Origin: Eledone cirrhosa
Lineage: Eukaryota
Direction: 5' to 3'
Assembly: GCA_964016885.1 (NCBI GenBank)
Contig: OZ024748.1
Span: 35,030,001 to 35,094,000 of the forward strand
DNA length: 64,000 bases
The notes under the pieces are model-generated. The model saw nothing but the letters and a program-made list of their open reading frames with translations, did not search any database and had not been told where the DNA came from. The position numbers were made by a program, and so were the translations under genes. How positions within the stretch are numbered: the first letter of the stretch is position 1; every line of letters starts with the position of its first letter. This document shows positions 1-15,110 of this stretch, in pieces.

Positions 1-746
1 GTATTTAGGTAAGGCGGGTCTTCTCTATTACTGAGTACCGCCAAAGGTCTCGGTCCAGTGACATTGTCTTGGAGAGGTGTAAGTGTGTGAGGTCGGAATT
101 TATCAGCTCGTCCCAGGTTTTTCTGGGTCTGCCTACTCCGTAGCTACCGTCTATCTTTATTGCCCTGCACTTTGTTATACAGCTGTCGTCTTTCATGCGC
201 ATCACGTGACCATACCAACGTAGCCTTCTCTCGAGTAAACAACATCTGATCCCTCTTATTTCTAATTTTTTCCTTAGTTCACTTATGCTTTGCCGTTCAC
301 GTTTGTTACTATTACACATCCAGCGGAGCATGCAAGCTTCGTTCCTCTCTAGTCTGCATATATCCTCTGCACACAAGGCCCAGGTCTCACTGCCATGCAA
401 CATTGCTGTTCGTATGCAGGCATCATACAACCTGCCTTTCATTTTGAGGGAGAACCCTTTAGTGGCTAATAGTGGTATAAGCTCTCTGAACTTTTTCCAT
501 CCAGTTCTGACTCTAGCTACTGTACTTTCAGAGCTCCCTCCCCCACTGCTGATTTTGTCACCCAGGTAACGGAAGCTATCCACTATTTCTATAGAACCCT
601 CTGCGCAATTGAAAGAGCTAGTATTTTGTGGGCATTTGCTGCTACTTATTGCATCAGAGCACCGGCCACATGTAAAATCTATGTTCTTAGTTAGCTTACC
701 TGTGATCCCACTACATCTTTTATGCACCCATACTTTGCATTTGGGA
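1..746 (-). mobile_element. RTE-clade non-LTR retrotransposon, 5'-truncated C-terminal part (RT thumb, PHD-like finger remnant, GRPRKTW tail)
   Basis: ORF 5..727(-) has HKRC..CGRC, FRYLG, LHGSETW, RRLRWYGHVMRM and GRPRKTW. It is nearly identical to the element at 43620-44326(+). Its 5' end abuts a TA tract. Confidence 0.92.
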
Positions 747-971
747 CATATATATATATATGTATATATATATCTATATATATATATGTATATATATATA
801 TCTATATATATAGATATATATATATATATCTATATATATAGATATATATCTATATATATATGTATATATATATCTATATATATATGTATATATATATAGA
901 TATATATATACATATATATATAGATATATATATACATATATATATAGATATATATATAGATATATATATAG

Positions 972-1031
<60 letters not shown>

Positions 1032-1212
1032 ATATATATATTTATATATATATATATATATATATAAGTATATATGTTTATATATAATATATCTATATAT
1101 AATATATGTATATATATATCTATATATATAAGTATATATATGTACATATAATATATGTATATATAATATATGTATATATATCTATATATATATGTATATA
1201 TATATCTACATA

Positions 1213-1281
<69 letters not shown>

Positions 1282-1288
1282 CTACATA

Positions 1289-1347
<59 letters not shown>

Positions 1348-1354
1348 CTACATA

Positions 1355-1407
<53 letters not shown>

Positions 1408-1430
1408 CTATATGTATATATATGTATATA

Positions 1431-1473
<43 letters not shown>

Positions 1474-1474
1474 G

Positions 1475-1505
<31 letters not shown>

Positions 1506-1852
1506 GTGTGTATGTATATATATATGTGTATATATATATCTATATATGTATATATGTATATATATTTATATATGTATATATATATATTTATATATGTATA
1601 TATATATATCTATATATGTATATATATATATGTATGTATATGTATATATATATGTGTATATATATGTATATATATGTGTATATATATATGTATATATATG
1701 TGTATATATATATGTATATATATGTGTATATATATATGTATATATATGTATATATATGTGTATATATATATGTATATATATGTGTATATATATATGTATA
1801 TATATGTGTATATATATGTATATATATATGTATATATATATGTATATATATG

Positions 1853-1885
<33 letters not shown>

Positions 1886-2136
1886 GTATATAGATATATA
1901 TATATATGTAGATAGATATATATGTAGATAGATATATATGTAGATAAATATATATATGTATATAGATATATATATGTAGATAGATATATATGTAGATAAA
2001 TATATATATGTATATAGATATATATATGTATATAGATATATATATGTATATAGATATATATATGTATATAGATATATATATGTATATATATATATATATG
2101 TATATAGATATATATATGTATATAGATATATATATG

Positions 2137-2167
<31 letters not shown>

Positions 2168-2272
2168 GTATATATATATATGTATATATATATATGTATA
2201 TATATATATGTATATATATATATGTATATATATATGTATATATATATGTATATATATATATATGTATATATG

Positions 2273-2371
<99 letters not shown>

Positions 2372-2394
2372 GTATATGTATATATATGTATATA
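747..2394. repeat. (TA)n microsatellite with TATC/TAGA/TATG interruptions
   Basis: Directly visible. Confidence 0.97.
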
Positions 2395-3273
2395 CTCTTT
2401 TACCTGTTTCAGCCATCCGGCTGAGGCCATGCTGGGGCACCGCCCTTGCTGCTACACACTTTATCTCCAGCCTGTATAGGTTGGCCACTGGTGTAGGAGG
2501 GAGTTTGTTGCTGCTGCCCTTAGGTTTCCCTCGTGTCTTGCTGTGGGCTCATCCGGGATCCTGGATAACAAGGTGTCGAGATGTTTCTTAAAGACATCCA
2601 CCTCCACGTCATGCAAGTCTCGCAGATGCCTCGGCAGCCTGTTGAAGAGTTGAGGGCCCTTGAATCCCAGGCTATTGCAATACCTGCTCCTTATTCTAGA
2701 TGTGGAAGACGGGACCTTTGGCACCACACAGTGACGTCCTGTTCGACGGTTGGTCCAGCTCCCAATGCCAAAGTTTGGTGCTAGTCCCTCCAGGATTTTC
2801 CACATGTAGATCACTGCGTATCTCTCCCGTCTTCGCTCCAAGGAGTAGAGGTTCAGTTCCTTCAGCCTCTCCCAGTAGCTTGTCTCCCTCATCTTGGCAA
2901 TCCTCTTGGTGTAGCTTCGCTGGATTGCCTCAAGCTCTGTGGTTAGTTTGACACTATGGGGTGACCACAGCTGGGAGCAGTAGTCCAGGCGGCTTAGGAC
3001 AAAAGTCCTCCACAGTGTCAACATGGTGTCTCGATCTCTTGTAAGGAAAGTCCTCAAGATCCAGCCAGCGAATCGTCTACATGCTGTCGCCACCTTCATG
3101 ATGTGTGAAGAAAAAGATGCATCATCGCTCATGTCTATGCCCAGGTCTCGTATCGATTTTGACACGGGGATATCGGTCCCTCCTGGTCCTGTGTAGCTGT
3201 GTTCCGCTATATTTGTGTTTGTGTTTGCAGGTTTGTATTGTAGGGCTTGGAATTTGCCAGCATTAAACTGCAT
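2395..3273 (-). mobile_element. CR1/L2-group LINE, 5'-truncated (RT C-terminus plus short 3' UTR)
   Basis: ORF 2461..3273(-) has [26 protein letters not shown] and [19 protein letters not shown], typical of CR1-group RT C-termini. The short 3' UTR ends ...GCTGAAACAGGTAAAAGAG. TA tracts on both sides. Confidence 0.88.
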
Positions 3274-3520
3274 GTATATGTATATATATATATGTATATA
3301 TATGTATATATATATGTATATATATGTATATGTATATATATATGTATATATATGTATATGTATATATATATGTGTATATATATATGTGTATATATATATG
3401 TGTATATATATATGTATATATATATATATGTATATATATATGTATATATATATGTATATATGTATATGTATATATATATATGTATATATATATGTATATA
3501 TATATATGTATATATATATG

Positions 3521-3551
<31 letters not shown>

Positions 3552-3612
3552 GTATGTATATATGTATGTATATATATATGTATATATATGTATATATATG
3601 TATATATATATG

Positions 3613-3643
<31 letters not shown>

Positions 3644-3644
3644 G

Positions 3645-3677
<33 letters not shown>

Positions 3678-3755
3678 GTATATATATATGTATATATATA
3701 TGTATATATATATATATGTATATATATTATATATATATATATGTATATATATATG

Positions 3756-3804
<49 letters not shown>

Positions 3805-3856
3805 GTATATATATATATGTATATATATTATATATATATATATGTATATATATATG

Positions 3857-3887
<31 letters not shown>

Positions 3888-3888
3888 G

Positions 3889-3920
<32 letters not shown>

Positions 3921-4006
3921 TACGTATATATATGTATGTATATATATATATATATATACGTATATATATGTATGTATATATATATATATATATGTATGTA
4001 TATATG

Positions 4007-4039
<33 letters not shown>

Positions 4040-4098
4040 GTATGTATATATGTATATATATATATATATGTATATATATATGTATGTATATATATATG

Positions 4099-4131
<33 letters not shown>

Positions 4132-5211
4132 GTATATATATGTATATATATATGTATATATATATGTATATATATATATATGTATANNNNNNNNNNNNNN
4201 NNNNNNNNNNNNNNNNNNNNNNNNNNNNNNNNNNNNNNNNNNNNNNNNNNNNNNNNNNNNNNNNNNNNNNNNNNNNNNNNNNNNNNNNNNNNNNNNNNNN
4301 NNNNNNNNNNNNNNNNNNNNNNNNNNNNNNNNNNNNNNNNNNNNNNNNNNNNNNNNNNNNNNNNNNNNNNNNNNNNNNNNNNNNNNTATGTGTATATGTG
4401 TATGTATATCTATATATGTGTATATGTGTATGTATATATATATGTGTGTATGTATATATATATGTGTGTATGTATATATATATATGTGTGTATGTATATA
4501 TATATTATGTGTGTATGTATATATATATGTGTATGTATATATGTATATATATGTGTATATGTATATATATGTGTATATGTATATATATGTGTATGTATAT
4601 ATGTATATATATATATATGTATATATATATATGTATATATGTATATATATATATGTATATATGTATATATATGTATATGTATATATATGTATATATATAT
4701 GTATATGTATATATATGTATATATATATATGTATATGTATATATATGTATATATATATATATATGTATATATATATGTGTGTATATATATATGTGTGTAT
4801 ATATATATGTGTATATATATGTATATATATGTGTGTGTATATATGTGTATATATATATGTATATATATGTGTATATATATATGTATATATATGTGTATAT
4901 ATATGTATATATATGTATATATATATGTGTATATATGTGTATATATGTATATATAAATATATATGTGTATATATGTATATATATATATATATGTGTATAT
5001 ATGTATATATATATATATATGTGTATATATGTATATATGTGTATATATGTATATATGTGTATATATGTATATATATATATATATGTGTATATATGTATAT
5101 ATATATATATATGTGTATATATGTATATATATATATATATGTGTATATATGTATATATATATGTGTATATATGTATATATGTGTATATATGTATATATAT
5201 GTGTATATATG

Positions 5212-5251
<40 letters not shown>

Positions 5252-5617
5252 TATGTGTATATATGTATATATATGTATATATATATATGTGTATATATGT
5301 ATATATATATGTGTATATATGTGTATATATGTATATATATATATATGTGTATATGTGTATATATGTATATATATATGTATATATATATATATGTGTGTAT
5401 ATGTATATATATATATGTGTATATATGTATATATATATGTGTGTGTATATATATATATATATATGTGTGTGTATATGTATATATATATATGTGTATATAT
5501 GTATATATATATGTGTGTGTATATATATATATATATATGTGTGTGTATATATATATATATATATGTGTGTGTATATATATATATATATGTGTGTGTATAT
5601 ATATATATATGTGTGTG

Positions 5618-5650
<33 letters not shown>

Positions 5651-5675
5651 ATATATATATGTGTGTATATATATA

Positions 5676-5720
<45 letters not shown>

Positions 5721-6056
5721 ATATATATATATGTGTGTATATATATATATGTGTATATATATATATGTGTGTATATATATATATGTATATATATATGAAT
5801 ATATATATGTGTATATATATATGTGTGTATATATATGTATATATATATGTGTGTATATATATATGTGTGTATATATATATGTATATATATGTGTGTATAT
5901 ATATGTATATATATTGTATATATATGTATGTGTATATATGTGTATATATATGTGTATATGTGTATATATATATGTGTATATATATATGTGTATATATATG
6001 TGTATATATATATATATGTGTATATATATATATATGTGTATATATATATATATGTG

Positions 6057-6089
<33 letters not shown>

Positions 6090-6112
6090 GTATATGTATA
6101 TATATGTATATA
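3274..6112. repeat. (TA)n/(TATG)/(TGTA) microsatellite containing an assembly gap
   Basis: Directly visible. Confidence 0.97.
4187..4386. other. Assembly gap (200 N)
   Basis: Run of N. Continuity across it is not guaranteed. Confidence 1.
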
Positions 6113-6222
6113 GTATGCTAGGGAAAGGATCAGGGGTGTATAACACTCCACTTATCCAGCAGGCAGTATGAGGTTAGCTCAATGTCTGAGGACAGAGCCG
6201 TAATATATAGAATGATAGAACT

Positions 6223-7533
6223 GTGAACTTCCTAGATGTTACACTGGACTTGGATAACCATACGTACACACCGTACCATAAGCCCAATGAATTGCTGACT
6301 TACGTGAATACCTACTCCAACCACCCTAGGTCTGTCATCAGCGGTATACTGAAGGGCGTATCTAATAGAATAAGTTCACTCTCACATAGTGAGGAGGCGT
6401 TTGACTCGCAGGCTGATTACTATAACGACGCCTTAGCTAGATCCGGCTTTAGGGATAAATTGTATTACACCCAGGGAAATAATGGTCCTAATAGTAGCTC
6501 TACCAGTGTTGTTATAACACATAATATGTCCATTGGTAATCGAGGTGTCGCGAATGGGAGGGTTCTAAATGCCGGTGGAATGAAACAGCAGGGCACCATT
6601 AGTCTAAGTAATAACAATAGAGGTGTCGTGAACGGGAGGTTTCTAGATGCCGGTGGAATGAACCAGCAGGGCACCATTAGTCTAAGTAATAGCAATGGTG
6701 GGCCTCGCAGCTCCCCGCATAGACTAGGTGAGCATAGGAACCGTAGAAATAATAATGCTAATAATACTGATGGAAATAGAAAGAATAAAAAGAATAGAAG
6801 AAGATTGAATACATACTTCAACCCCCCTTTTAATTCTGAAGTGGCTACAAATATTCCTAGGGCCTTCTTCTCTGTGCTAGAACGGAACTTCCCTCCTGGT
6901 AATAGGTACCACTCTATCCTCAATAAGAATGTTGTTAAACTTTCGTATTCTACAACCCAAAATCTGGCCTCTCATCTGGCCATTACTAATAATAAGAAAA
7001 TAAAGGAAGGCCTGGACAACCTAAGCCTAGGGGAAAACACGGTAGTGGATAGAGTGGGCAGTAGCACTGGTGGTGATCTTTCTGAGAATAGCATCACCAG
7101 AGGTTGTAACTGTAGAAGGGCTTCGGGCTGCCCCCTGAATGGTTTCTGCCTTGTTAGAAACATAGTTTATGCGTGTGATGTGGTAACTACGGCGTCCACT
7201 ATGACCTATATAGGATCAACCTCCACCCCCTTTAAGACCAGGTTTAACTCTCATCAATGCACTTTTAGACATAATAAACTGAAGAACTCCACCTCCTTGG
7301 CAGCGTACGTCCATAATTTAAAAAATGCACGAACACCTTACACACTTACTTGGCGGCAGGTTGCTAGATCCCATCCATATACTCCTCATAGTAGAGTATG
7401 CAACCTGTGCCTTGCCGAATCCCACTCTATTATATTTGCTAAATGCCCTCTACTAAATAGAAAGTCTGAAATTTTTTCCTCTTGCCCCCACCGAATATTA
7501 AGCTCTTTCTTCTACTTTAAACCTGTTAGCTAG
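6223..7533 (+). CDS. PLE polyprotein fragment: RT motif E/thumb, linker and GIY-YIG endonuclease
   Basis: VNFLDVTLDL, PYHKPN, SNHP, YFNPPF, CNCx5CPLNGFC, IVY...YIGST, FKTRFNSH, CNLCLAE, LNRKSE..CPH. The start is a truncation point, not a true initiator. Confidence 0.9.
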   Translation: MNFLDVTLDLDNHTYTPYHKPNELLTYVNTYSNHPRSVISGILKGVSNRISSLSHSEEAFDSQADYYNDALARSGFRDKLYYTQGNNGPNSSSTSVVITHNMSIGNRGVANGRVLNAGGMKQQGTISLSNNNRGVVNGRFLDAGGMNQQGTISLSNSNGGPRSSPHRLGEHRNRRNNNANNTDGNRKNKKNRRRLNTYFNPPFNSEVATNIPRAFFSVLERNFPPGNRYHSILNKNVVKLSYSTTQNLASHLAITNNKKIKEGLDNLSLGENTVVDRVGSSTGGDLSENSITRGCNCRRASGCPLNGFCLVRNIVYACDVVTTASTMTYIGSTSTPFKTRFNSHQCTFRHNKLKNSTSLAAYVHNLKNARTPYTLTWRQVARSHPYTPHSRVCNLCLAESHSIIFAKCPLLNRKSEIFSSCPHRILSSFFYFKPVS

Positions 7534-8667
7534 CACGTCATTATTCCTCCAGTTGGGCTGTCTTGTGTAACTGTCTCTGACTGAGTGTAACTGTCTCCTA
7601 ATGTTGGTCGTCTATGTATATGAGTCTGTGAATGTATACGTATGCCTGTGGGAGGATATTGATCTTGATATTGGGGTGTGCAGGGGAGTGTATGTTAATA
7701 AGCACCCCTGTTTGGTACAGTGGATGTAACCCATCCACGCTGGCCTACCCACCATTAGTGCATTGGTGGACCTATCCTGACGTATATCTTGTTGATCTGT
7801 ACCTCTGTATGCGCATGAGTTGTGATGTAATGTATTTATGTAAAGCGTGTACTGTGATTTAGGCTGCACTAGTAGAAATTTAGCCTGTAACTGTGGCGGA
7901 CCCGTGCCATCCTGCCGTAAGCAGTTGATACGTGGCGCATATATGTGTTGCCCTCATATTCTGTGGTTCAAGATCTACAGGCTGACCTCTGGGAGCTCTT
8001 ACCCGGGGTTGTAGTCTTTCTAGCACGATCGGCCTTCCTTATATTGACGGTCGTTTTTATGATCCCGAAAGTAACGTTTTGGCCCCGATGGCCCTCCGTA
8101 GTTACTAACGGTCTGTGTACACTCGAATCGGTCAATGGCACGTGCTGACATGAATATCTCCGTAGGATTTCAACTTTATTTTAATACATCTCATCGTATG
8201 TATTTGTTTTGAATATATTACCTGTGGTGGTGGGTCTGGTCTAATGTGGTATTTCGGTGTTTAATATCGTATCTAATATCGTATTTAATATCGGCTTTGA
8301 CCCGGGTGTCCTACGCTGTGTGTGTGTGCGTGTGTGCCCGTGTATACATTTATATGTGTATGGGTGTAGGTGGTTATATGTGTCTGTGTGTATATATAAA
8401 AAATATATATATATATATATGTATACCGTCTCTGCATATGCATGTGGTGTGTATACGTGCATATACGTGCTGAACATATTGATGTGTACAATCTTGTGAT
8501 GTCCCAATGCGGTGACTTAATGGCTTTTTATATATATCTTCTGTCTTTTTATATATATTTTGTATGCGCTACAACTGTATCTGCTTGCTTTAACCTCACC
8601 TCGCCTGCTAATGCATGTGAATTCTTCTACCTCCTTTGATGCACCTCTCTGACCATTTGACTCCTGC

Positions 8668-9060
8668 CTGTGTGTGAACCGGTTTGTGATTACCCCACCG
8701 CTCGAGTGATACTGGTGACTGTGACACTTAGTGCCTTCGTGGGCCCCTGATGTTTTCAAGAAATATATTTTTTTTAAAATTGGTGTGTGAACCGGTTTGT
8801 GATTACCCCACCGCTCAACTGTGTGAATGCACACCCATGACTTTCGAGTGAACTTTCGAGACTGCCCAACCTGGGACGCCTCCATTGCCTTGCAATGGTC
8901 AAGTGATACTGGTGACTGTGACACTTAGTGCCTTCGTGGGCCCCTGATGTTCTCAAGAAATATATTTTAAAAAATTGGTCAAGTGATACACATAACTGTG
9001 ACATTTAGTGCCTTCGTGGGCCCCTGATATATTCAAGAGATATATTCTAAAAAAATATAT
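8668..9060 (+). repeat. Shuffled direct repeats in the PLE 3' region
   Basis: TTAGTGCCTTCGTGGGCCCCTGAT..TCAAGA.ATATATT occurs 3 times (~8728, ~8925, ~9005). GTGTGAACCGGTTTGTGATTACCCCACCGCTC occurs twice. Confidence 0.85.
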
Positions 9061-9144
9061 ATCTTATCTCAATTTACTTTATTTCATTTTATTTTATTTC
9101 ATTTCATGTTATCTAATTTTATTTATTTACTTACTTGACTCCAT

Positions 9145-9175
<31 letters not shown>

Positions 9176-9847
9176 TATTTAAATTTAGATTTTAATTTTA
9201 AAATTTTAAAATTTAAATTTTAATTTTATTTATTTATTTAATTCTTATTTATTTATTTATTTATTTATTTAATTACATTTATTTACATTTAATTACATTT
9301 AATTATACATATAATTATAATTATACATTTGATTTTAATTATATCTTATATTATATTATTTTAATTTAGTCTATGTTATTTGATTTTAGTTTACCTTATT
9401 TTATCTTATTTTACGATTATACTATATTATGTTCTATGTATATAATTTTTAATTTTTAATTTTATATTATTTTATCTCATTCCTTACCCTATATTTTATA
9501 TTTTATATGTAAGTTTGTTATGTATTTCTTTGTATTTCTTTTTATATATATTATAAGTCTGTTTTTTACCTATTTTTTACCTACTCTTACCTAATCCCAT
9601 TATCTTATCTACTCTTGTCTGTTCTCTTATCCATGTGTCTACTCTTGTCTGTTCTCTTATCCATGTGCATGCTTGTATGTAACTATATGTTGACAGCACA
9701 CCGCCCAACTGTGACTGATAGCACCCCTTATTTTTATTTTTATTTTTACTTTTATTTTTATTTTTATTCTTATCCTCTATCGTCTATTATTACCTTTCAT
9801 TCTTCAATGTCTTGGATTTATTATTGCTTGTATGGTATGTAATTAAC

Positions 9848-9905
9848 CTTTATGCTCTGATGAGTCCCACTTATAGTGCGGATGAAACAATGTTAGCAAG
9901 TAAAG
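9848..9905 (+). ncRNA. Type I hammerhead ribozyme (minimal stem III)
   Basis: CTGATGA 9857-9863; stem II GTCC-CAC/GTG-C-GGAT; GAAA 9884-9887; C-AAT-G-T-T (GUU triplet); stem I CTTTA-TGCT pairs with AGCA-(AG)-TAAAG. Confidence 0.8.
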
Positions 9906-9944
9906 ATATGCATATGCTATAAGCGTTCTTTGTTATTTATTTAT

Positions 9945-10998
<1,054 letters not shown>

Positions 10999-11039
10999 AG
11001 TATGTTTGTATACGTACCTACATCTGGCAGATGGGTAAA

Positions 11040-11080
11040 CGGTGCTGATGATAGCTAACAAGCTTGAAACTAGTACATTG
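11040..11080 (+). ncRNA. Minimal type I hammerhead ribozyme
   Basis: CGGTG-CTGATGA-T-AGCT-aaca-AGCT-T-GAAA-CTAG-TA-CATTG. GUA triplet; palindromic ACTAGT stem III; stem I CGGTG/CATTG with two G-U pairs. Confidence 0.75.
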
Positions 11081-11366
11081 CTCCTGTGTCAGTGTTGAAC
11101 AAAAAGGTGACGTGGTTGCCTTAACACCGTATGGCATAAATTCAGGCTGTTCAGTTTGTTGACAAACGAACAAAGCGGCGTTATAATAACCATCCGCTAA
11201 ACTGATGCGTGCATGTATGTATGTGTACCTGTATGTATATATATATATATGCATGCTACTGTACATCTGTATACATATATGTATGTACGTATACATACAT
11301 ACTTACATTTAAGTAAGTGCCATACTAAGAGTGAGAAATGAAATTTCGTTTTCATTTTTTTCAACT

Positions 11367-11423
11367 TATATATATATATGGTGTATATATGCATATATAT
11401 ATGGTATATATATATATGGTATA

Positions 11424-11460
<37 letters not shown>

Positions 11461-11493
11461 TATATATATGTATATATATATATATATGGTATA

Positions 11494-11524
<31 letters not shown>

Positions 11525-12166
11525 GGTATATATATTTATATATATATATATATGGTATATATATGTATATATATATATATGGTATATATATGTATATATA
11601 TATATATATGGTATATATATGTATATATATATATATATGGTATATATATGTATATATATATATATATGGTATATATATGTATATATATATATGGTATATA
11701 TATGTATATATATATATGGTATATATATGTATATATATATATATGGTATATATATGTATATATATATATATGGTATATATATGTATATATATATATATAT
11801 ATGTATATATATGTATATATATATATATATATGTATATATATGTATATATATATATATATATGGTATATATATGTAATATATATATGGTATATATATGTA
11901 TATATATATATATATATGGTATATATATGTATATATATATATATAGTATATATATGTATATATATTTATATATGTATATATATGTTATATATATGTATAT
12001 ATATATATATGGTATATATATGTATATATATATATATATGTATATATATGTATATATATATATATATGTATATATATATGTATATATATATATATGTATA
12101 TATATATGTATATATATATGTATATATATATATGTATATATATATATGTATATGTATATATATATG

Positions 12167-12199
<33 letters not shown>

Positions 12200-12919
12200 G
12201 TATATATATATGTATATATATGTATATATATAATGTATATGTATATATATATATATGTATATATATATGTATATATATATATATAATATGTATATATATA
12301 TATATGTATAATTATATGTATATATATGAATGTATATATATATATATTGTATGTATATGTATATATATATGTATGTATATATATATATGTATATATATAT
12401 GTATGTATATATATATGTATGTATATGTATATATATATGTATGTATATATATGGTATATATATATGTATATATATATATATATATATGTATTTATATATA
12501 TGTATGTATATATATATATGGTATATATATATGTATATGTATATATATATATGTATGTATATATATATGGTATATATATATGTATGTATATATATGGTAT
12601 ATATATGTATATATATATATATATGTTATATATATATGGTATATATATATGTATATATATGTATATATATATATGTATATATATATATATTTATATATAT
12701 ATATATATGGTATATATATTTATATATATATATATATGTATATATATATGGTATATATATATATATATATATATATGGTATATATATATATATATATATA
12801 TATATGGTATATATATATGTATATATATATATATGTATATATGTATATATATATGGTATATATATATATATATATATGGTATATATATATATATATATAT
12901 ATGGTATATCTATATATAT

Positions 12920-12957
<38 letters not shown>

Positions 12958-12976
12958 GTATGTATATATATATATG

Positions 12977-13063
<87 letters not shown>

Positions 13064-13102
13064 TATCTATATATATATATGTATATATATATATATGTAT
13101 AT

Positions 13103-13148
<46 letters not shown>

Positions 13149-13242
13149 GTATATATATATATATGTATATGTATATATGTATATGTATATATATATATGT
13201 TATATGTATACTATATAATATATGTGTATATGTATATATATA

Positions 13243-13272
<30 letters not shown>
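11367..13272. repeat. (TA)n microsatellite with TATGG/TATG interruptions
   Basis: Directly visible. Confidence 0.96.
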
Positions 13273-13273
<1 letters not shown>

Positions 13274-13476
13274 TTCGTTTCTGAATTTGTTTAGCAAGAT
13301 TCTTTATCTGACATCGTGTGTTGAAACCGATATTGTTATACTTTGGAGGGTCATGTTGCCCATAAGAAACACACGCACCAGTACCTTTCACTTCAACTTA
13401 GTATAATAAATTTATAATAAATTTATAAATTTCTGGTTGGTTGGTTGGTTCCACAACCAGATAGTTGTTTATACAT

Positions 13477-13521
13477 AGTCATAGTTCTTTCGTCACACAC
13501 TCTGTGACCTCTTCAGTGACT
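13477..13521 (-). ncRNA. Minimal type I hammerhead ribozyme candidate
   Basis: Minus strand: AGTCA-CTGAAGA-G-GTCACA-gagtg-TGTGAC-GAAA-G-AA-C-TA-TGACT. 5-bp stem I, 6-bp stem II, CUA triplet, one extra G after the core. Confidence 0.65.
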
Positions 13522-14020
13522 GGGGATTCCTTTCTTGTTTCTGTGCCTCTCCTTTGTTCTGCCCTACGCCATTTTGTTTCTGTGTGTGTGTTGTGTGCTC
13601 AGTCTGCGCATGCGCCACATCCGGGTGTCTGTGTGTGCTTATGTTCATTTATTTATTTGTTTATTTACATGTTACTGGTTGGTTGTTTGTTCTATGTGTG
13701 TGTGTGTTTTCATTTTGTCCTTAATTGTAAGTTGTGATGTTGCTGTTCCACTCATATTTTCTATTTAATTTTGATTGTAATTCTTTTATGTTTATTGCCT
13801 CTGTAATTTGTCTAAACATTGCATCTTTTCTGTGTGTAGATTTTATTTTTATTTCTATGTTCTCTAATTTACCCTTGTGTTCTATTTTAGCATGTTGGTA
13901 GAGTACAAATTATTCTTGACTATCTTGAAGGTCTCGCCAGTGTTCATTTATCCGTTCCCCTACACTACGAGCTGTCTCACCTATGTACACTATAATTTTG
14001 TCTCTACATTGTCCTTCAGT

Positions 14021-14413
14021 ACGCAAGTCAACGAAAACATGAAGTACACATATACACACGCCCTACAATACGGACGAACCTGCATACTCACACAGATGCA
14101 AAACTCCCGTATACACATAGCCGAACCAGATGTACCAGAATATATTAAAAAATTTATACGCCATAACAATCAAATATACGTACCTTCACAAAACATATGG
14201 AAAATATATATTTTCCATATGTTTTGTGAAGGTACGTATACCTTCTCGTATGTATATTTGATTGTTTATGTTATGGCGTATAATTTTTTAGATATTCTGG
14301 TACATATGGTTTGGCTATATGTATACGGGAGTTTTGCGTCTGTGTGAGTATGCAGGTTCGTACGTTTCTAGGGCGTGTGTATATGTGTACTTCATGTTTT
14401 GGTTGACTTACGT
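14021..14413. repeat. Long imperfect inverted repeat (foldback), centre ~14207/14208
   Basis: ACGCAAGTCAACGAAAACATGAAGTACACATATACACACGCCC...GGAAAATATATATTTTCC...GGGCGTGTGTATATGTGTACTTCATGTTTTGGTTGACTTACGT. Confidence 0.93.
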
Positions 14414-15059
14414 CTCCGAACATTCGTGTATTTACATGTAGGTATGTGTGTGCGCTTGTTATATACGTATTTATTTATTTATTTATATACGTTTATATAA
14501 TTATTTATTTATTTGTATACATGCTTACACACACACACATATTTATATGTGCGTGGTTTTGTTTACCTATGGCAAGTTTTTGCGTATGCTTGTGTATGTA
14601 CGTTTTTGTTTGCGTGTATGTATTTATTTATTTCTATTACTTCTGTATCGTATTTATTTACTTTGTGCTTAACTCTGTAGCGGAGATTCATTCGGTCTCC
14701 TAGTTAGAATTTAGTCTACGACTTCTGCTATACCATTTACGTGGTTTTGTCTCTGCGTGGTATTGTTCTCCATGCTCCATATATGACGTATTATCTTCGT
14801 TTTTTTCGTTCATTGCCAGAGAACGTCTCTATGCACCACCTAAGAGAACATTAGTCTACGATTTCTTTTATACCATAAACGTGGTTCTGTCTTTGCGCGT
14901 AATTGTTTTTCACCGTTCCTATTAATGACGTATTATATTCGTTTTTTCCCATTCTGAGCCAGCGAACGTTTCCACGAACCAAAGTATTGTCTTCCTGTCT
15001 TCCTCTGGTTGCAACATTTTTTGAAATATCCAGTTCTGCGTTTACAGATTGACTTTGTT

Positions 15060-15110
15060 AGTTTCAGAAGATCCCGTTAAGGGTGAAAGCAGCGATTCTT
15101 TGCTTAAACT
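15060..15110 (+). ncRNA. Degenerate type I hammerhead (core CAGAAGA instead of CTGANGA)
   Basis: AGTTT-CAGAAGA-T-CCC-gttaa-GGG-T-GAAA-GCAG-cgattct-TTGC-T-T-AAACT. All three stems pair; core has U4->A. Confidence 0.5.

Larger units (their letters stand above)
6113..9944 (+). mobile_element. Penelope-like element (PLE), 5'-truncated, C-terminal GIY-YIG endonuclease, probably Hydra clade, with about 2.4 kb of 3' non-coding sequence
   Basis: Unique sequence bounded by TA tracts. Contains the PLE ORF 6223-7533 and a hammerhead motif near the 3' end. That the whole 3' stretch belongs to one element is inferred. Confidence 0.8.

Noticed and set aside
8740-9045. CTGATG...GAAA motifs in the PLE internal repeats
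   Set aside because: The core is CTGATGT/CTGATAT rather than CTGANGA, and the stems do not form.
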